NCBI GenBank assembly: GCA_017525245.1
Contig: JAFXTE010000012.1
Span: 25,605 to 89,604, forward strand
Reading direction: 5' to 3'
Origin: Bacteroidales bacterium
GTDB lineage: Bacteria; Bacteroidota; Bacteroidia; Bacteroidales; WCHB1-69
DNA: 64,000 bases
Part shown: positions 27,629 to 37,925 of the stretch, in pieces
How the letters are laid out: every line of letters begins with the position of its first letter
Position numbering within the stretch: position 1 is the stretch's first letter
Translations under genes and position numbers: made by a program
The notes under the pieces: generated by a model
What the model saw: only the letters and a program-made list of their open reading frames with translations
Database searches by the model: none
Told to the model about the DNA's origin: nothing

Positions 27629-28219
27629 CTAAATAATGTCTTTTTCTTCGATGAGGTTGTTCAGGATGGCATAGACGGTGAGGGCCGCGACGGATTTGAT
27701 GCCGGTTTTGCGGACGATGTTCTTGCGGTGGGTGATGACGGTGTGGACGGAGATGTTGAGGGTGTCGGCGATTTCGTTGTTTTTCAGTCCTTTGGAGAGG
27801 CAGATGAGCACTTCTTTCTCGCGGTCGGAGAGGGGAGCGGTGTCGGATTCGTCATCGTCGGATTGGATGGTGTTCACCACTTGGTTGATGGTGGATTTGA
27901 TGCGCTGGAGGTCGTCGTTGAGTTCAATGACGCCGGCGAACTGCCGCTGGTGCTGCGATTCGATGTAAGAGGTGACCAATCCGATGAGACGCAGGTTCGG
28001 CAGGTTGTCAAACTCGGCGCGGATGGTGGCGCGTTTGGCGTAGTCGTACAGCAACGGGTTGACAATCAGAATGTCAGGATGCAGGGCGTTTATTCTCGCA
28101 TAGAGCGAGTTGAGGTTGTCGGTGGAGAAGACGACCTCAGCGTCGGGCAACTCCTGGAGCAGCTGCTCTAGTCCGATGCGCAGCATGATTGAGGGTTCGG
28201 CGATGGCGATCTTAGTCAT
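27629..28219 (-). CDS. LuxR-family transcriptional regulator with degenerate receiver domain
   Basis: LSDREKEVL...GLKNNEIADTLNISVHTVITHRKNIVRK. Confidence 0.9.
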   Translation of the reverse strand: MTKIAIAEPSIMLRIGLEQLLQELPDAEVVFSTDNLNSLYARINALHPDILIVNPLLYDYAKRATIRAEFDNLPNLRLIGLVTSYIESQHQRQFAGVIELNDDLQRIKSTINQVVNTIQSDDDESDTAPLSDREKEVLICLSKGLKNNEIADTLNISVHTVITHRKNIVRKTGIKSVAALTVYAILNNLIEEKDII

Positions 28220-28931
28220 GGCGTTTGGATTCTAACAGTTGGATATACGGAACTAAGATGCGGTTTTCCATCATGGCATGTCTGGCGATGTCGTTGGAGA
28301 GGGCATACACGTCCAGCAGCATATCGACGCGCTCCATGGGGGAAATTTCGGCGGGTATGTACTTGAGCAACAGGTTGGAAAGATCGTTGAGGGTGTCCTC
28401 AATGTCATCGTGCTGTTGATGGAACGTGTTCTTCTGATAGGTGGCGGACTCGGTGGCTTCCTGTTCGGAGAGGATCTGCCGCAAGTAAGGGAAAATCACC
28501 TCTTCCTCGTAACGGAAATGCTTCTCCATCTCTTTGCGGAATTCAGCGTAGAAGTTGGAGATGAGGGTGATGTATTTCTTGTCCATGGAAGCCAACTGCA
28601 TGTGGAGGTGCTGCTCAATATGGGGCAGTTTGTTCTCTAAATAGTCTTTGTGGGAGGAGACGAGGTATTGCAGGATGTCGGCCATGGGGCACTGTTGCAG
28701 CTCGTTAGCCGTCGGGTAGTAGTCTTCCTGACAATAGACACGGCTGATGAGGGTGAACAGGGGCAGCGAAACGTGGTGTTCGGAACAGAGTTGTTCGATG
28801 CTCTTCTCTCCGAATCCGAGAGGGATGTTAAGACGCGGAAGAACGGTCAACAGACTGTGATACTGGTTGATTGCATCGGCCATTTTCATTTTCGGCGACA
28901 GTTGCGGTGGAAAATCGGAAAGATTTTTCAT
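28212..28931 (-). CDS. Hemerythrin-domain protein (Ric/ScdA-like N-terminus)
   Basis: LGFGEKSIEQLC, HKDY, HFRYEEEVIFPY, HDDIE, HAMMENRILVP. Confidence 0.85.
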   Translation of the reverse strand: MKNLSDFPPQLSPKMKMADAINQYHSLLTVLPRLNIPLGFGEKSIEQLCSEHHVSLPLFTLISRVYCQEDYYPTANELQQCPMADILQYLVSSHKDYLENKLPHIEQHLHMQLASMDKKYITLISNFYAEFRKEMEKHFRYEEEVIFPYLRQILSEQEATESATYQKNTFHQQHDDIEDTLNDLSNLLLKYIPAEISPMERVDMLLDVYALSNDIARHAMMENRILVPYIQLLESKRHD

Positions 28932-28982
28932 GTTTCAAATTTTCGGCAAAGATAGTATTTTTAAGGCAATTAGCAACAGGCA

Positions 28983-29054
28983 AAAGAGGCGCGAATCATC
29001 ATCGCGCCTCTTTCGTGTATGGTCTGTAGAGACGTTTCATGAAACGTCTCTACA
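28983..29054. terminator. Hairpin terminator followed by a REP palindrome
   Basis: AAAGAGGCGCGA...TCGCGCCTCTTT at 28983-29013; perfect REP at 29025-29054. Confidence 0.75.
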
Positions 29055-29064
29055 AAGGGACAAA

Positions 29065-32000
29065 TTATTTCCGTATCACCGGCATCGTGGCAATGCCCTT
29101 GTCTGTGAAGACCTTGGCAAAATAGGTGCCCGTGGCGAGAGCATGGACGGAAATTTCTACCGTGTTTCCGTTCACATACATCATATTCAGCAGTTGACCA
29201 TAAATGTTGTAAAGTTCCACCTTTTCGATGGTGACATTGTTGTTGTTCACGCTGATGGTTACATTGTTGACGGCGGGATTTGGATAAACGCTGAGGTTGT
29301 CTCGCAGCTCGTAATTGTCAATTCCGGACGGATTGTAGTCATGGACAGCAATCGCACTGTTGGCCATACCCTCTTTCATGGCAATGGCTTTCAGTGTGTA
29401 GTGTACGTTGAGCGGCAGAGGGAACATGTCGGTGAACAAGATAGAGGATTCGTCTGGATTAGTGCCGTCCTGCGTATAGTAGATGCTGGCACCGTCCGTG
29501 GCGCAGGTGATGGTGATTCTATAGAATTCCCCGTCCTTGAACCAATCGAACTCCGGTGTGGCAACGGTGTCCAACACAACCACAGAGTGAATGTTGATGT
29601 CCTCATCGCCACGAGGATAGATTTGGTAGCCATGGTTGGTGGAGTAGCTGACGAAACCGGTCACGTCGGCCAGGTCACCGGCGGAAATTTCCGTAGTCAA
29701 TGTGTTGAATCGGTTATAGATAGCCATCGTGTCGCCGTTTTGAACAAAAGTGGTGGCATTGATAAATGTCACATCATTCAGACGCACCAGCTTGGATTCA
29801 TAAACATCTGTGTATTGAGATTTGATGTTTGAGATGGTGGCGTTGGCGGGTGTGACCGTGACGGGAGTTCCAGTAGCCTCAAGAGCGTTATGTGTGGGCA
29901 CCATCTCCACCATACCTTGATATGTGGTGTATTTGCCGAAAACACCGGCTTGGATGACGTCCCCTTCGTTGTAGGTGGTGGTAATCACGGGAGCGGAATT
30001 GTCGTAGATGAGCATGGCGGCGGTATTGTCCTCAACGAACATGTAGCGACCGCTGCGGAATACGAAGGTCATATCGCTCATGATCTGTTGCGGCTCATTG
30101 GAAGCAGCGGCTTTGAAAGCTGCGATGTTGGCGACTTGCGCAGGGAATGAGATATTGGCGGTGGCTGTGAAACTTGGGGTCATACCCTCTTTCCAAGCCT
30201 TGGCCATGATGGTGGTGGTGGTGTTCACAGTGAACGGCTGGCTATAGACGGTGGAGCTTTCGGTAGGCTCGGTGCCGTCGGTGGTGTAACGAATCACGGC
30301 ATCGGCATCAGCACAGGTGATGCTGATTGTCTGGGGCTCGTAATAGAAACCTTCGCTTGGGTTAATGACAGGGGTTGTCACTACGGAAGGTGCCTGTCCC
30401 TGAACACCGAAGACCACGAGGCTGTCGATGACCACGCGGGAAGTGGAGGTGGGGTTGGTTTCGGGCAGAACGATTGTGAATTTCAGACGCACGAAATTGT
30501 AACTGCCTGCCTCATCCACAACATACTCGAAGGTGTTTGCCGTGCTTTCCAGCGTGAAGGTTTCGCCGGCAGAGTAGGTGGTGCCACCGTCAATGGAATG
30601 CGACACGTTGACGTTTAAGCCGTTGGAACTTGCAGCGGCAAAGGTGACATGGGTCACGTTGTGCAGGTCAAAGTTCGTGTAAGTGTAGCCGATGTTTTCA
30701 GGGGCGGAGGCGTACCAGCGCATTTGCATTGACTGGGCACCCGCAATGTGGTTGTTGGTGGATGGTGTGCCGTAATAGGTACCCCATTGCGCACCCTCAG
30801 CGCCGGTAAATTCCACCGTGGTGTTGTTATAGACGTTGTTGGCGGTGAACCCTTCGGCGTCCTCAAAACCAACAGAATAGATGATGGAATCGTTGGATGC
30901 GGGTTGGTCGATGATAACATAGGCAGCCGTTACGGTCGCGCTGGCGGTCCAGTCGGTCTTAAAAGCTTTGGCCTTGACAGTTGTGGTGGCGGTCAAAGTG
31001 ACCGGGGCACTGTAGAGTATGGAAGCCTCAGTCGGTTCGGTGCCGTCGGTAGTGTAGTAGATCGTTGCGTCTTCCGTCGTGCAGGTGAGGCTGAACGTCA
31101 CGCTGTCGGTATAGGTGCCGGCAGCAGGGCTGAACACGGGAGCGGCCACTTCAGATGTGCCCCCGGCTTCTGCTAATACCAAGATGTTGTCAACCTCCCA
31201 ACCGGCAGCGGAAGATTCTTCACTCGTATATACCCATGCGAAATAGAGGGGAGAAGCTCCGGCAATAATGATATCGCCGGATTCTGTCCAAGCCCATGAA
31301 CCGCTGCTCAAAGCGCATGCTGAAGTGATGTCCGTCCATGTGGCAGCAGCAGGAGAACCGGAACCGCTGTAGTTTGTGGAATACTTCACCTGGATGCCGG
31401 GACCGTTGTAGTTCTTGGCGGTTGTGAAGGAGAGTGTGACACCTCCGGCATTCAGCGGGGTGATGGCGGGCGTGATCAGCCAGGTCTCTGTGGCACCTTG
31501 GTTGTACGCATTCGCGTATGCGTAGGTATTACCGCTGTGAGTCCCTGTCGTCCATTCGTAAGCGCCGGAAACATTGGTCACCGTCATTTGGCTGAGACCG
31601 GCGGTTTCAAAGTTCTCAAAGAAAAGAGGAACGATATTCAGGATGGTGAAGTCTCTGGTTACCACGTTGCTGCTGTTTTCACCGGAAATGGCGATGGCTT
31701 TCATGGTGGTGGTCTCCGTGATGGTGAAAGGTGCCGTGTAAAGCGTTGAGTTGGCATCAGGTTCTGTCCCGTCCAAGGTGTAATGGATGGATACGCCATC
31801 CGCGGCGGACAGGGTAACTGTTACAGGGCCGAGGTAGGTGTCAGCGGACTGCATATTGCCGCTCACGGTAACCGTTGGCTCAGCCACGAAACCTTCGTTG
31901 GAGAGGGCGAAGACGGTCACATCATCCACAATCAGGTGGTTTGCTCCCTCGTTGGTGTTTCTGACGGAAAGGATGAACTCACCTGCGTCTATGGTATTAG

Positions 32001-32430
32001 CCGCTACAACAGTGTCAGTGAATTGCTGGTAACTTGTGCTGTTAATGTTATGGTAATCGGAATAATCGGAATAGCCGGAACCCGTCTCTCGCCCGTCATA
32101 CATCGCCACTCGAATATCGCCGCCTCCTTTAACCCAGAAGGAAATGACATATTGGGTGCCGTTATCCACATGGATGCTTTGGGTGGTGAAACGTTTGTGG
32201 CCGGAAGCGGTGTTGATAAGCTGGCAGGCAAAATCACCGGAGTGAGCCCCGGAAGTGACTTGCACCACGTTGGCGGCACCAATGTTGCTCTTAGATCCCA
32301 ACCATCCGTCTGGGGTAGTTCCCGTCCAATTTTCGAACCCCCCATTCGTGTTAATCTGTGAGAATCCAGTAAGGGTAAGCAGCATTAGGCATAACGTCAA
32401 AAAACTGTAGATAATAGAATTTTTTTTCAT
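29065..32430 (-). CDS. Large T9SS-secreted protein with carbohydrate-binding-like and four Fn3/CHB_HEX_C-like modules
   Basis: Signal peptide; NGGFENW; four YTxDGTxP repeats; C-terminal VYPNPA...GTYFAKV...VIRK. Confidence 0.85.
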   Translation of the reverse strand: MKKNSIIYSFLTLCLMLLTLTGFSQINTNGGFENWTGTTPDGWLGSKSNIGAANVVQVTSGAHSGDFACQLINTASGHKRFTTQSIHVDNGTQYVISFWVKGGGDIRVAMYDGRETGSGYSDYSDYHNINSTSYQQFTDTVVAANTIDAGEFILSVRNTNEGANHLIVDDVTVFALSNEGFVAEPTVTVSGNMQSADTYLGPVTVTLSAADGVSIHYTLDGTEPDANSTLYTAPFTITETTTMKAIAISGENSSNVVTRDFTILNIVPLFFENFETAGLSQMTVTNVSGAYEWTTGTHSGNTYAYANAYNQGATETWLITPAITPLNAGGVTLSFTTAKNYNGPGIQVKYSTNYSGSGSPAAATWTDITSACALSSGSWAWTESGDIIIAGASPLYFAWVYTSEESSAAGWEVDNILVLAEAGGTSEVAAPVFSPAAGTYTDSVTFSLTCTTEDATIYYTTDGTEPTEASILYSAPVTLTATTTVKAKAFKTDWTASATVTAAYVIIDQPASNDSIIYSVGFEDAEGFTANNVYNNTTVEFTGAEGAQWGTYYGTPSTNNHIAGAQSMQMRWYASAPENIGYTYTNFDLHNVTHVTFAAASSNGLNVNVSHSIDGGTTYSAGETFTLESTANTFEYVVDEAGSYNFVRLKFTIVLPETNPTSTSRVVIDSLVVFGVQGQAPSVVTTPVINPSEGFYYEPQTISITCADADAVIRYTTDGTEPTESSTVYSQPFTVNTTTTIMAKAWKEGMTPSFTATANISFPAQVANIAAFKAAASNEPQQIMSDMTFVFRSGRYMFVEDNTAAMLIYDNSAPVITTTYNEGDVIQAGVFGKYTTYQGMVEMVPTHNALEATGTPVTVTPANATISNIKSQYTDVYESKLVRLNDVTFINATTFVQNGDTMAIYNRFNTLTTEISAGDLADVTGFVSYSTNHGYQIYPRGDEDINIHSVVVLDTVATPEFDWFKDGEFYRITITCATDGASIYYTQDGTNPDESSILFTDMFPLPLNVHYTLKAIAMKEGMANSAIAVHDYNPSGIDNYELRDNLSVYPNPAVNNVTISVNNNNVTIEKVELYNIYGQLLNMMYVNGNTVEISVHALATGTYFAKVFTDKGIATMPVIRK

Positions 32431-32514
32431 ACTTTTGATGTTTAATTATTTGATTTTTATATATTTACGAATGTGAGTCAAAAATATTCACCAACGGCAA
32501 ATATACATTTTTTT

Positions 32515-32619
32515 AGACGTGTGACGTGAGACGTAAGGCGTGTGACGTGAGATATAAGACATAAGACGTGAGATTTCGGGAACACCACTGCTAACTGCCA
32601 ACTACTAACTGCTAACTGA
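32515..32619. repeat. GACGTGW and CTGCTAA heptamer arrays
   Basis: Arrays at 32515-32573 and 32585-32619; the second overlaps the dus stop; CTGCTAA also at 25537-25560. Confidence 0.75.
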
Positions 32620-33525
32620 CACAAATTCCCGTAAATCGCAAATCCGTAACAATTGCTGCAATTTTTCTTCAGACAATCCGGTAAAAATGGCGAAATAGTG
32701 CCATAATTCTTTCAGATTGGCCAAAGTGCCCGATTCGCCTCGGATGGGCAGCAGCTTTTCGATAAAGTCCTGATAGAAGGCGAAAAACCGTTCCCTTTTG
32801 TCGCCAGTGTCTTGGCCTTTAATCTCTTCCGCCAAGAATGGATTCCGCAACAATCCGCGACCGAGCATCCAGGCAGCCACTTGCGGGAATCGCTCAGCCA
32901 ACCTGTTGTAATCTTCCACTGTGAAAATGTCTCCGCTATAGACGATTTTGTGCTGCGTCAGTTGGCAAAACTCCGCGAAGGTGTCCAAGTCGGGAATTCC
33001 TTCATACAGATCATCGCCCAAACGGGGATGGATGACCAGAAAATCCAGCGGATAGTCGTTGAGGCGGGGGAGCAGCTCGCGTCCTTCATCGGCATGGTGC
33101 AGGCCGAGGCGCATTTTCAGGGAAATGTGGAATGGTGTTTTCCCCGTCACTTCTGCCACAATTTGTTCCACGATGTCGGGGTGTGGCATCAGGCCGCAGC
33201 CGCGTGTGTGGCGCACCACGGGCGAGGAAGGACATCCGATGTTGATGTTAAAATGCTCGTAACCAAATTGTTCGTTCAGCATCCGTACCGTATCCACAAA
33301 CTGTTCCGGACGGTTGCCCATCAGTTGCGGAACGAGGGGGAGGGCGGTGTTGTTTGCAGGCGCAATATCCTGCCATACTCTTTGCCGGAATTTGCCGGCC
33401 GATTGTGTTGGGAGGAATGGTGCCATAAAACAATCTATGCCGCCAAAGTGACGGCATAGGGTGTTTCTGAATGTATAGGAAGTGATCCCATGCAAAGGTG
33501 CGAGCCAAATCTGCGGTGTTGTCAT
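32605..33525 (-). CDS. dus: tRNA-dihydrouridine synthase family protein
   Basis: LAPLHGIT, NINIGCPS, SLKMRLG, IHPR, YSGDI, MLGRG. Confidence 0.9.
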   Translation of the reverse strand: MTTPQIWLAPLHGITSYTFRNTLCRHFGGIDCFMAPFLPTQSAGKFRQRVWQDIAPANNTALPLVPQLMGNRPEQFVDTVRMLNEQFGYEHFNINIGCPSSPVVRHTRGCGLMPHPDIVEQIVAEVTGKTPFHISLKMRLGLHHADEGRELLPRLNDYPLDFLVIHPRLGDDLYEGIPDLDTFAEFCQLTQHKIVYSGDIFTVEDYNRLAERFPQVAAWMLGRGLLRNPFLAEEIKGQDTGDKRERFFAFYQDFIEKLLPIRGESGTLANLKELWHYFAIFTGLSEEKLQQLLRICDLREFVSVSS

Positions 33526-34493
33526 CGGATCGAGACCTTGTGGGTGCTGATTTTGTTGTCTGTCTTGATTTGCAGCAGGTACATGCCTGTGGCATAAGAT
33601 CTTGTGTCAAGAATGGCTTTTCCGGAGGTTTTGCCTGTCTGGAGAATTTTTCCTGACATGTCGGTCAGGGTCCATTCATACACGTTCTCGTTGTCAGGTT
33701 GGATGTGTAACTGGTTGCTGGCAGGATTGGGATAGATTTTCCCGTCAAAATCTTCAAGTTCGGGGATGCCTACACCGCTGTATTCCAACGCGATGTCGTC
33801 CACGTAGAGTACAGAGCTGCTGTTCATCATCGTGGAAGAGAGGATGATAATCATGATGGAGTCGCACTCAGCGTTCGGTATGTCAAAATCGATTCCGATT
33901 TTCTGATAGCTGTTGGGGTTATCCGTTTGGAAGACGCCATAGTTGTAGCTTATCGGCATACCCTCTTTTTTCGCCACTGCGAACATCATAAGCTGGTCGC
34001 CTTCCTGCGGCTGGTATTTCACCCATGCGGTGACCGAGGCCGGGACAGTGGAACAGGGGACACCTTTGGAGAGCAGTTGTAATAGCGATGACATGGCGGC
34101 CAGGTTGTCTGGATCAAGCCCTGGTGTGCCGGTGGTGTCCTGAATGGCTTGGATGATGGCCAAGATGTCTTCCAAAGGGATGGAGAATCCTTCCGATTCA
34201 CCGGCTTGCAGAATGCCCGGCAGATTGAAGTTAAACTGCGTGTAGGGTATCGAGAAGTCGCTAGAGACTAACTTTACGGACGAGTTGCCCGAGTGAGCTT
34301 CATTGCTTTGGGTACCGAAATTGACCTCCACGGGAAGATTTATGATGGAGGTGAGGGTTCCATGCAACCCGACGGTCCAACCCACGGGTTTCCCGTAAGA
34401 CCATAGTTCAAAATCGCTGTTAGGAATGGTGCTCTGGGCGGTCAAACCCCAGAAACTCGCTAAAAGCATCACTAATGTAAACGTTTTTTTCAT
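33522..34493 (-). CDS. T9SS type A sorting domain-containing protein
   Basis: Signal peptide, IPNSDFELW, IYPNPA...GMYLLQI...HKVSIR. Confidence 0.8.
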   Translation of the reverse strand: MKKTFTLVMLLASFWGLTAQSTIPNSDFELWSYGKPVGWTVGLHGTLTSIINLPVEVNFGTQSNEAHSGNSSVKLVSSDFSIPYTQFNFNLPGILQAGESEGFSIPLEDILAIIQAIQDTTGTPGLDPDNLAAMSSLLQLLSKGVPCSTVPASVTAWVKYQPQEGDQLMMFAVAKKEGMPISYNYGVFQTDNPNSYQKIGIDFDIPNAECDSIMIIILSSTMMNSSSVLYVDDIALEYSGVGIPELEDFDGKIYPNPASNQLHIQPDNENVYEWTLTDMSGKILQTGKTSGKAILDTRSYATGMYLLQIKTDNKISTHKVSIR

Positions 34494-34716
34494 ATTCGGT
34501 GGTTTTTATTACGATTTGCGAATTAAGGTTTGCGGTTTGCGAACGGCGCTTGGTCTCGTGTTCAAAAACGGTGCCGCAAAGATATTATTTTTTTGTTAGC
34601 GTAGTAGTTGTTGAAAAACGGCAGTTTTGTTTTTGCCTCGCAAGGACGCCTGGAACCGCAAAAAAAAGGTGCCTTTCCTGACACCCATATATTTCACAAA
34701 TTCCATAAGATACCGA

Positions 34717-36969
34717 TCACAAAACCGTGATTGCTCCCTTGTGCCAAGAAGCCACTCCTTCATAATCGACAATACGGAGGATGTAGGTGTAAGTGGCACC
34801 GAGGAAGAGTTTGCCGTTTTCAGTGCCGTTCCATTCGAAATCCTTGTTGGTGGTGTGATAGACGACCACACCATGGCGGTTGTAAACTGTGAATTCCAAT
34901 TCTTTGATGAGGTTGCTCTGCGGGATGAAAAAGTAATCGTTCACGCCATCTTGGACACTCGGTGTGAAGGAATTGGGCAGATTCAGGAAGGGTTTGCAGG
35001 CCGGAATGACGATGCTTCCGCTGGCAGAGCAGCTGTCCTTGTTGATGATTTCCACAGAGTAGCTTCCAGGTTCGGTAATCGTGATGTAAGGGGATGTCTC
35101 CCCATTTGTCCACTTGTATTGCAGTATGGCGTCGGTGCTTTCGGCGGTCAAATTGGTGGTGAACGCCTCGCAGTAGTCCGGGTCGGAGGTGATTTCCACC
35201 TTGGGCTTGCGGATGTAGAGTGTGACATCCACAATGCTGTCGCATCCGTTCCAAGCCAGATTGTCGTAAGTGACACGTCGTGTGCCTTCGGTGGACCAGG
35301 TGTGGTTTTCACCGAAATAGGCCTGGTCGAACACGTATGGTAGCTTTTCCTCGCAGGTGTACACCGTGTCTTTGGTCATCGTGTCCCGAATGGCTTTCAA
35401 GTCAAGGAAAATGCTTTTTATAGTGTCCATGCTGCATTTCTGCGCTGAATCTTGAATGCTGATTTTGATGATGGCTTCTCCGGTGAGCGTGTCTATAAAG
35501 GGATACTGAAAGATGTAGTTTGTGGTAGCGGTGTTTTGGGTTATGGGGATGAAGTTGTTCGTTTGCAAGTTTTTGATATACCACTGGATGAGTTGCGTGT
35601 TCTGATAGTTGGTGTCCCAGTCAGCAGTGGCCGATGTTGGCGGGGTGACGGTGTATATTTTGCTGGAGTCGATGAGTTGCGCTCTCAAGTCGCAGTTGTT
35701 GAACAGTTGTTTGAAAGTGAAATCCGGCTCCAGAAAGTAGGACATGACGTTGGCTTCATAGATGAAGGGGACACCGGTGTAAGACTTCATTTCGCAGCGG
35801 TAGTAGGGCCATAGTCTTCCGCCTGGTTGGGAAAGCAGCACGTCTCTGTCTATATAAATATCATAGCTTCCGTTGGAAGTGATGCCGGCCGGCGGATTAT
35901 CCAAATCGAAATAACGGTTGTTCGCGTCTGTGGCATTATATCCATAGTGCCACTCGTAAGAGTTCTCGAGGAATCCCCAAGGTACGGACAAGTGGATGGG
36001 TTCAGTTCCGCAAGCGTCCACCTTGATGGCTCCTGGAATCATCTTGGCGGCAAACAGAGCGTATGCCCAGTGGTATTGGGCGCCGCACGCTCTCACACGA
36101 ATACGCAACTTCACCGATTTGTTTTGCTCGGCGTAGGTTTTCAAATCAAATGCGATAGGTTTTGCCTCAAACCATTTGACAGTATAACTTGAACGGCCGG
36201 ATGTTTGATTGGAAGGACATTCACGGTATGGGAATGTTGTGGGTGTGGCTTGTGGGAATGCCCAGTAATAGGTGTTCAGTTGCAGGGCATCAGACCAAAC
36301 ATGGTGGTCTTGGGACGAGTTGCTCCCACTGGGCACAGCAAGGAAGCGGTTGTAAGGCCAGTTGGTGTTGGGCACCTCATTCGCAGTGCCGTTGGATGCT
36401 TCTGTCGGATAATAGCCGCCCTGTATGACATTTCCTGTCTGCCCGTCCAGCACCTCAATGTAGAAACGCGGGTTGTAACTTGCTTCGTGATAGTCAACAT
36501 CCTCTTCCGCGAAAGAGAAATAGACCAACAGGGTGCTTTCATCTTCTTGTGGGTAGAACCAATATTCTATTTGGGAGTTCCCTGTGCATACGTCGCATCC
36601 GTCACTACAGTCGTTACACCCAATCATGATAACCGTGTCCTGATGTTCCCCGGGAATACCAGACCAGGAAGGCAGAAGGTAAGATTCATGTTGGTATGTG
36701 TTACCCACTTGGAAACATCTGCAGGGGTCATTCGAAGGCGTGGTGACCAGTTTGTGTGAAGTGCGGTTTCCGTATGAGTAGATGCCGGAATAGGATTCAT
36801 AGTTGTCTTGACCTGAACCATGGTTGGTGGAAAGTTTGACGTATGGATGGTTTTGATAGTCGAGTGTCATGAAATTCAGCGGTCCTTGAGCCGGTGTCCA
36901 TGGCGCATATTGTGCGGCACAAGTCAGACATATCAAAACACAGGTGGTTAGGGCGAATATCTTTTTCAT
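34717..36969 (-). CDS. T9SS type B (gliding-motility-associated C-terminal domain) protein
   Basis: LPNSFTP..DGVNDYF...VYNRHG...WNG...GATYTY...KGAITVL. Confidence 0.85.
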   Translation of the reverse strand: MKKIFALTTCVLICLTCAAQYAPWTPAQGPLNFMTLDYQNHPYVKLSTNHGSGQDNYESYSGIYSYGNRTSHKLVTTPSNDPCRCFQVGNTYQHESYLLPSWSGIPGEHQDTVIMIGCNDCSDGCDVCTGNSQIEYWFYPQEDESTLLVYFSFAEEDVDYHEASYNPRFYIEVLDGQTGNVIQGGYYPTEASNGTANEVPNTNWPYNRFLAVPSGSNSSQDHHVWSDALQLNTYYWAFPQATPTTFPYRECPSNQTSGRSSYTVKWFEAKPIAFDLKTYAEQNKSVKLRIRVRACGAQYHWAYALFAAKMIPGAIKVDACGTEPIHLSVPWGFLENSYEWHYGYNATDANNRYFDLDNPPAGITSNGSYDIYIDRDVLLSQPGGRLWPYYRCEMKSYTGVPFIYEANVMSYFLEPDFTFKQLFNNCDLRAQLIDSSKIYTVTPPTSATADWDTNYQNTQLIQWYIKNLQTNNFIPITQNTATTNYIFQYPFIDTLTGEAIIKISIQDSAQKCSMDTIKSIFLDLKAIRDTMTKDTVYTCEEKLPYVFDQAYFGENHTWSTEGTRRVTYDNLAWNGCDSIVDVTLYIRKPKVEITSDPDYCEAFTTNLTAESTDAILQYKWTNGETSPYITITEPGSYSVEIINKDSCSASGSIVIPACKPFLNLPNSFTPSVQDGVNDYFFIPQSNLIKELEFTVYNRHGVVVYHTTNKDFEWNGTENGKLFLGATYTYILRIVDYEGVASWHKGAITVL

Positions 36970-37066
36970 AATAAAGAAAATTTACTCTTATAACGAAATT
37001 TTTCTTTGGATGTTACATGCTCTCTTGTAAATTAAGAATTGTGAAATCGGGTTGACGCAAAAAAAT

Positions 37067-37162
37067 GTACCTTTCTTCTGAAATTATGGAGACGTTTCAT
37101 GAAACGTCTCTACAGCATCAATTTCATCTGTCTGTGTGTATTCGTATTTTATGTATATTTGC
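37067..37162 (+). mobile_element. ~96-bp REP-containing composite repeat, copy 2
   Basis: Reverse-complement match to copies 1 and 3; ends in TATATTTGC ~27 nt before the 37189 start. Confidence 0.75.
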
Positions 37163-37188
37163 CGTTTCAATAAAAACAGTGTTGAGGT

Positions 37189-37881
37189 ATGAAAAAATCG
37201 GACATTATCGTTATAGCAGTCATTGTGTTGTGCCTGCTGCCATTCTTTCTGTTTGACAGCGTTTATGATGCATATTGTGCGGCCAACCAACGTTTCCCGT
37301 TGTGGATGGCATTCCTGAAGTTCGGCATTCTGGCCACCTTCGGGGAGATGCTCGGCAGCCGCGTGAAGACAGGACAGTACTACCATAAGGGCTTCGGCCT
37401 TGCCCCGAAATTCGTGGTCTGGGGACTTCTCGGCATGTGGATTGCTCTGGCAATGAACGTTTTCCGCCTCGGCGTGCCGGCTTTCATGGAACGTTACGCG
37501 GCTTTCAGCGGAATTTCCGCGGCCATGTCCGAGCCGATGTCGTGGCTGAAACTCCTCGGCGCCTTCTGTGTCAGCGTGATGATGAACACCGCTTTCGCAC
37601 CTGTCTTCATGACCGTCCACAAAATCTCCGATATGCACATCAACGAGCACGGCGGCGCTTTCTCGTCACTGTTCAAGCCCGTTGCCGTCAAACGGCACAT
37701 TTGCGAGATGGACTGGGGTGTGCAGTGGGGCTTCGTCTTCAAGAAGACCATCCCGCTGTTCTGGATTCCCGCCCACACGCTCACTTTCTGTCTGCCACAG
37801 GATCTCCAAGTCCTCTTCGCTGCCTTCTGTAGCGTCATCCTCGGACTCTTCCTGTCAATCGCCGCGAAGAAAGGGAAGTAG
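37189..37881 (+). CDS. Mpv17/PMP22-like membrane protein
   Basis: Multiple TM segments; KFGILATFGE, KTIPLFWIPAHTLTFCLP. Confidence 0.7.
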   Translation: MKKSDIIVIAVIVLCLLPFFLFDSVYDAYCAANQRFPLWMAFLKFGILATFGEMLGSRVKTGQYYHKGFGLAPKFVVWGLLGMWIALAMNVFRLGVPAFMERYAAFSGISAAMSEPMSWLKLLGAFCVSVMMNTAFAPVFMTVHKISDMHINEHGGAFSSLFKPVAVKRHICEMDWGVQWGFVFKKTIPLFWIPAHTLTFCLPQDLQVLFAAFCSVILGLFLSIAAKKGK

Positions 37882-37925
37882 CTGTTGGTTTTGGCTGTTG
37901 GCTATTAGCTATTGGCTGGCAAAAA

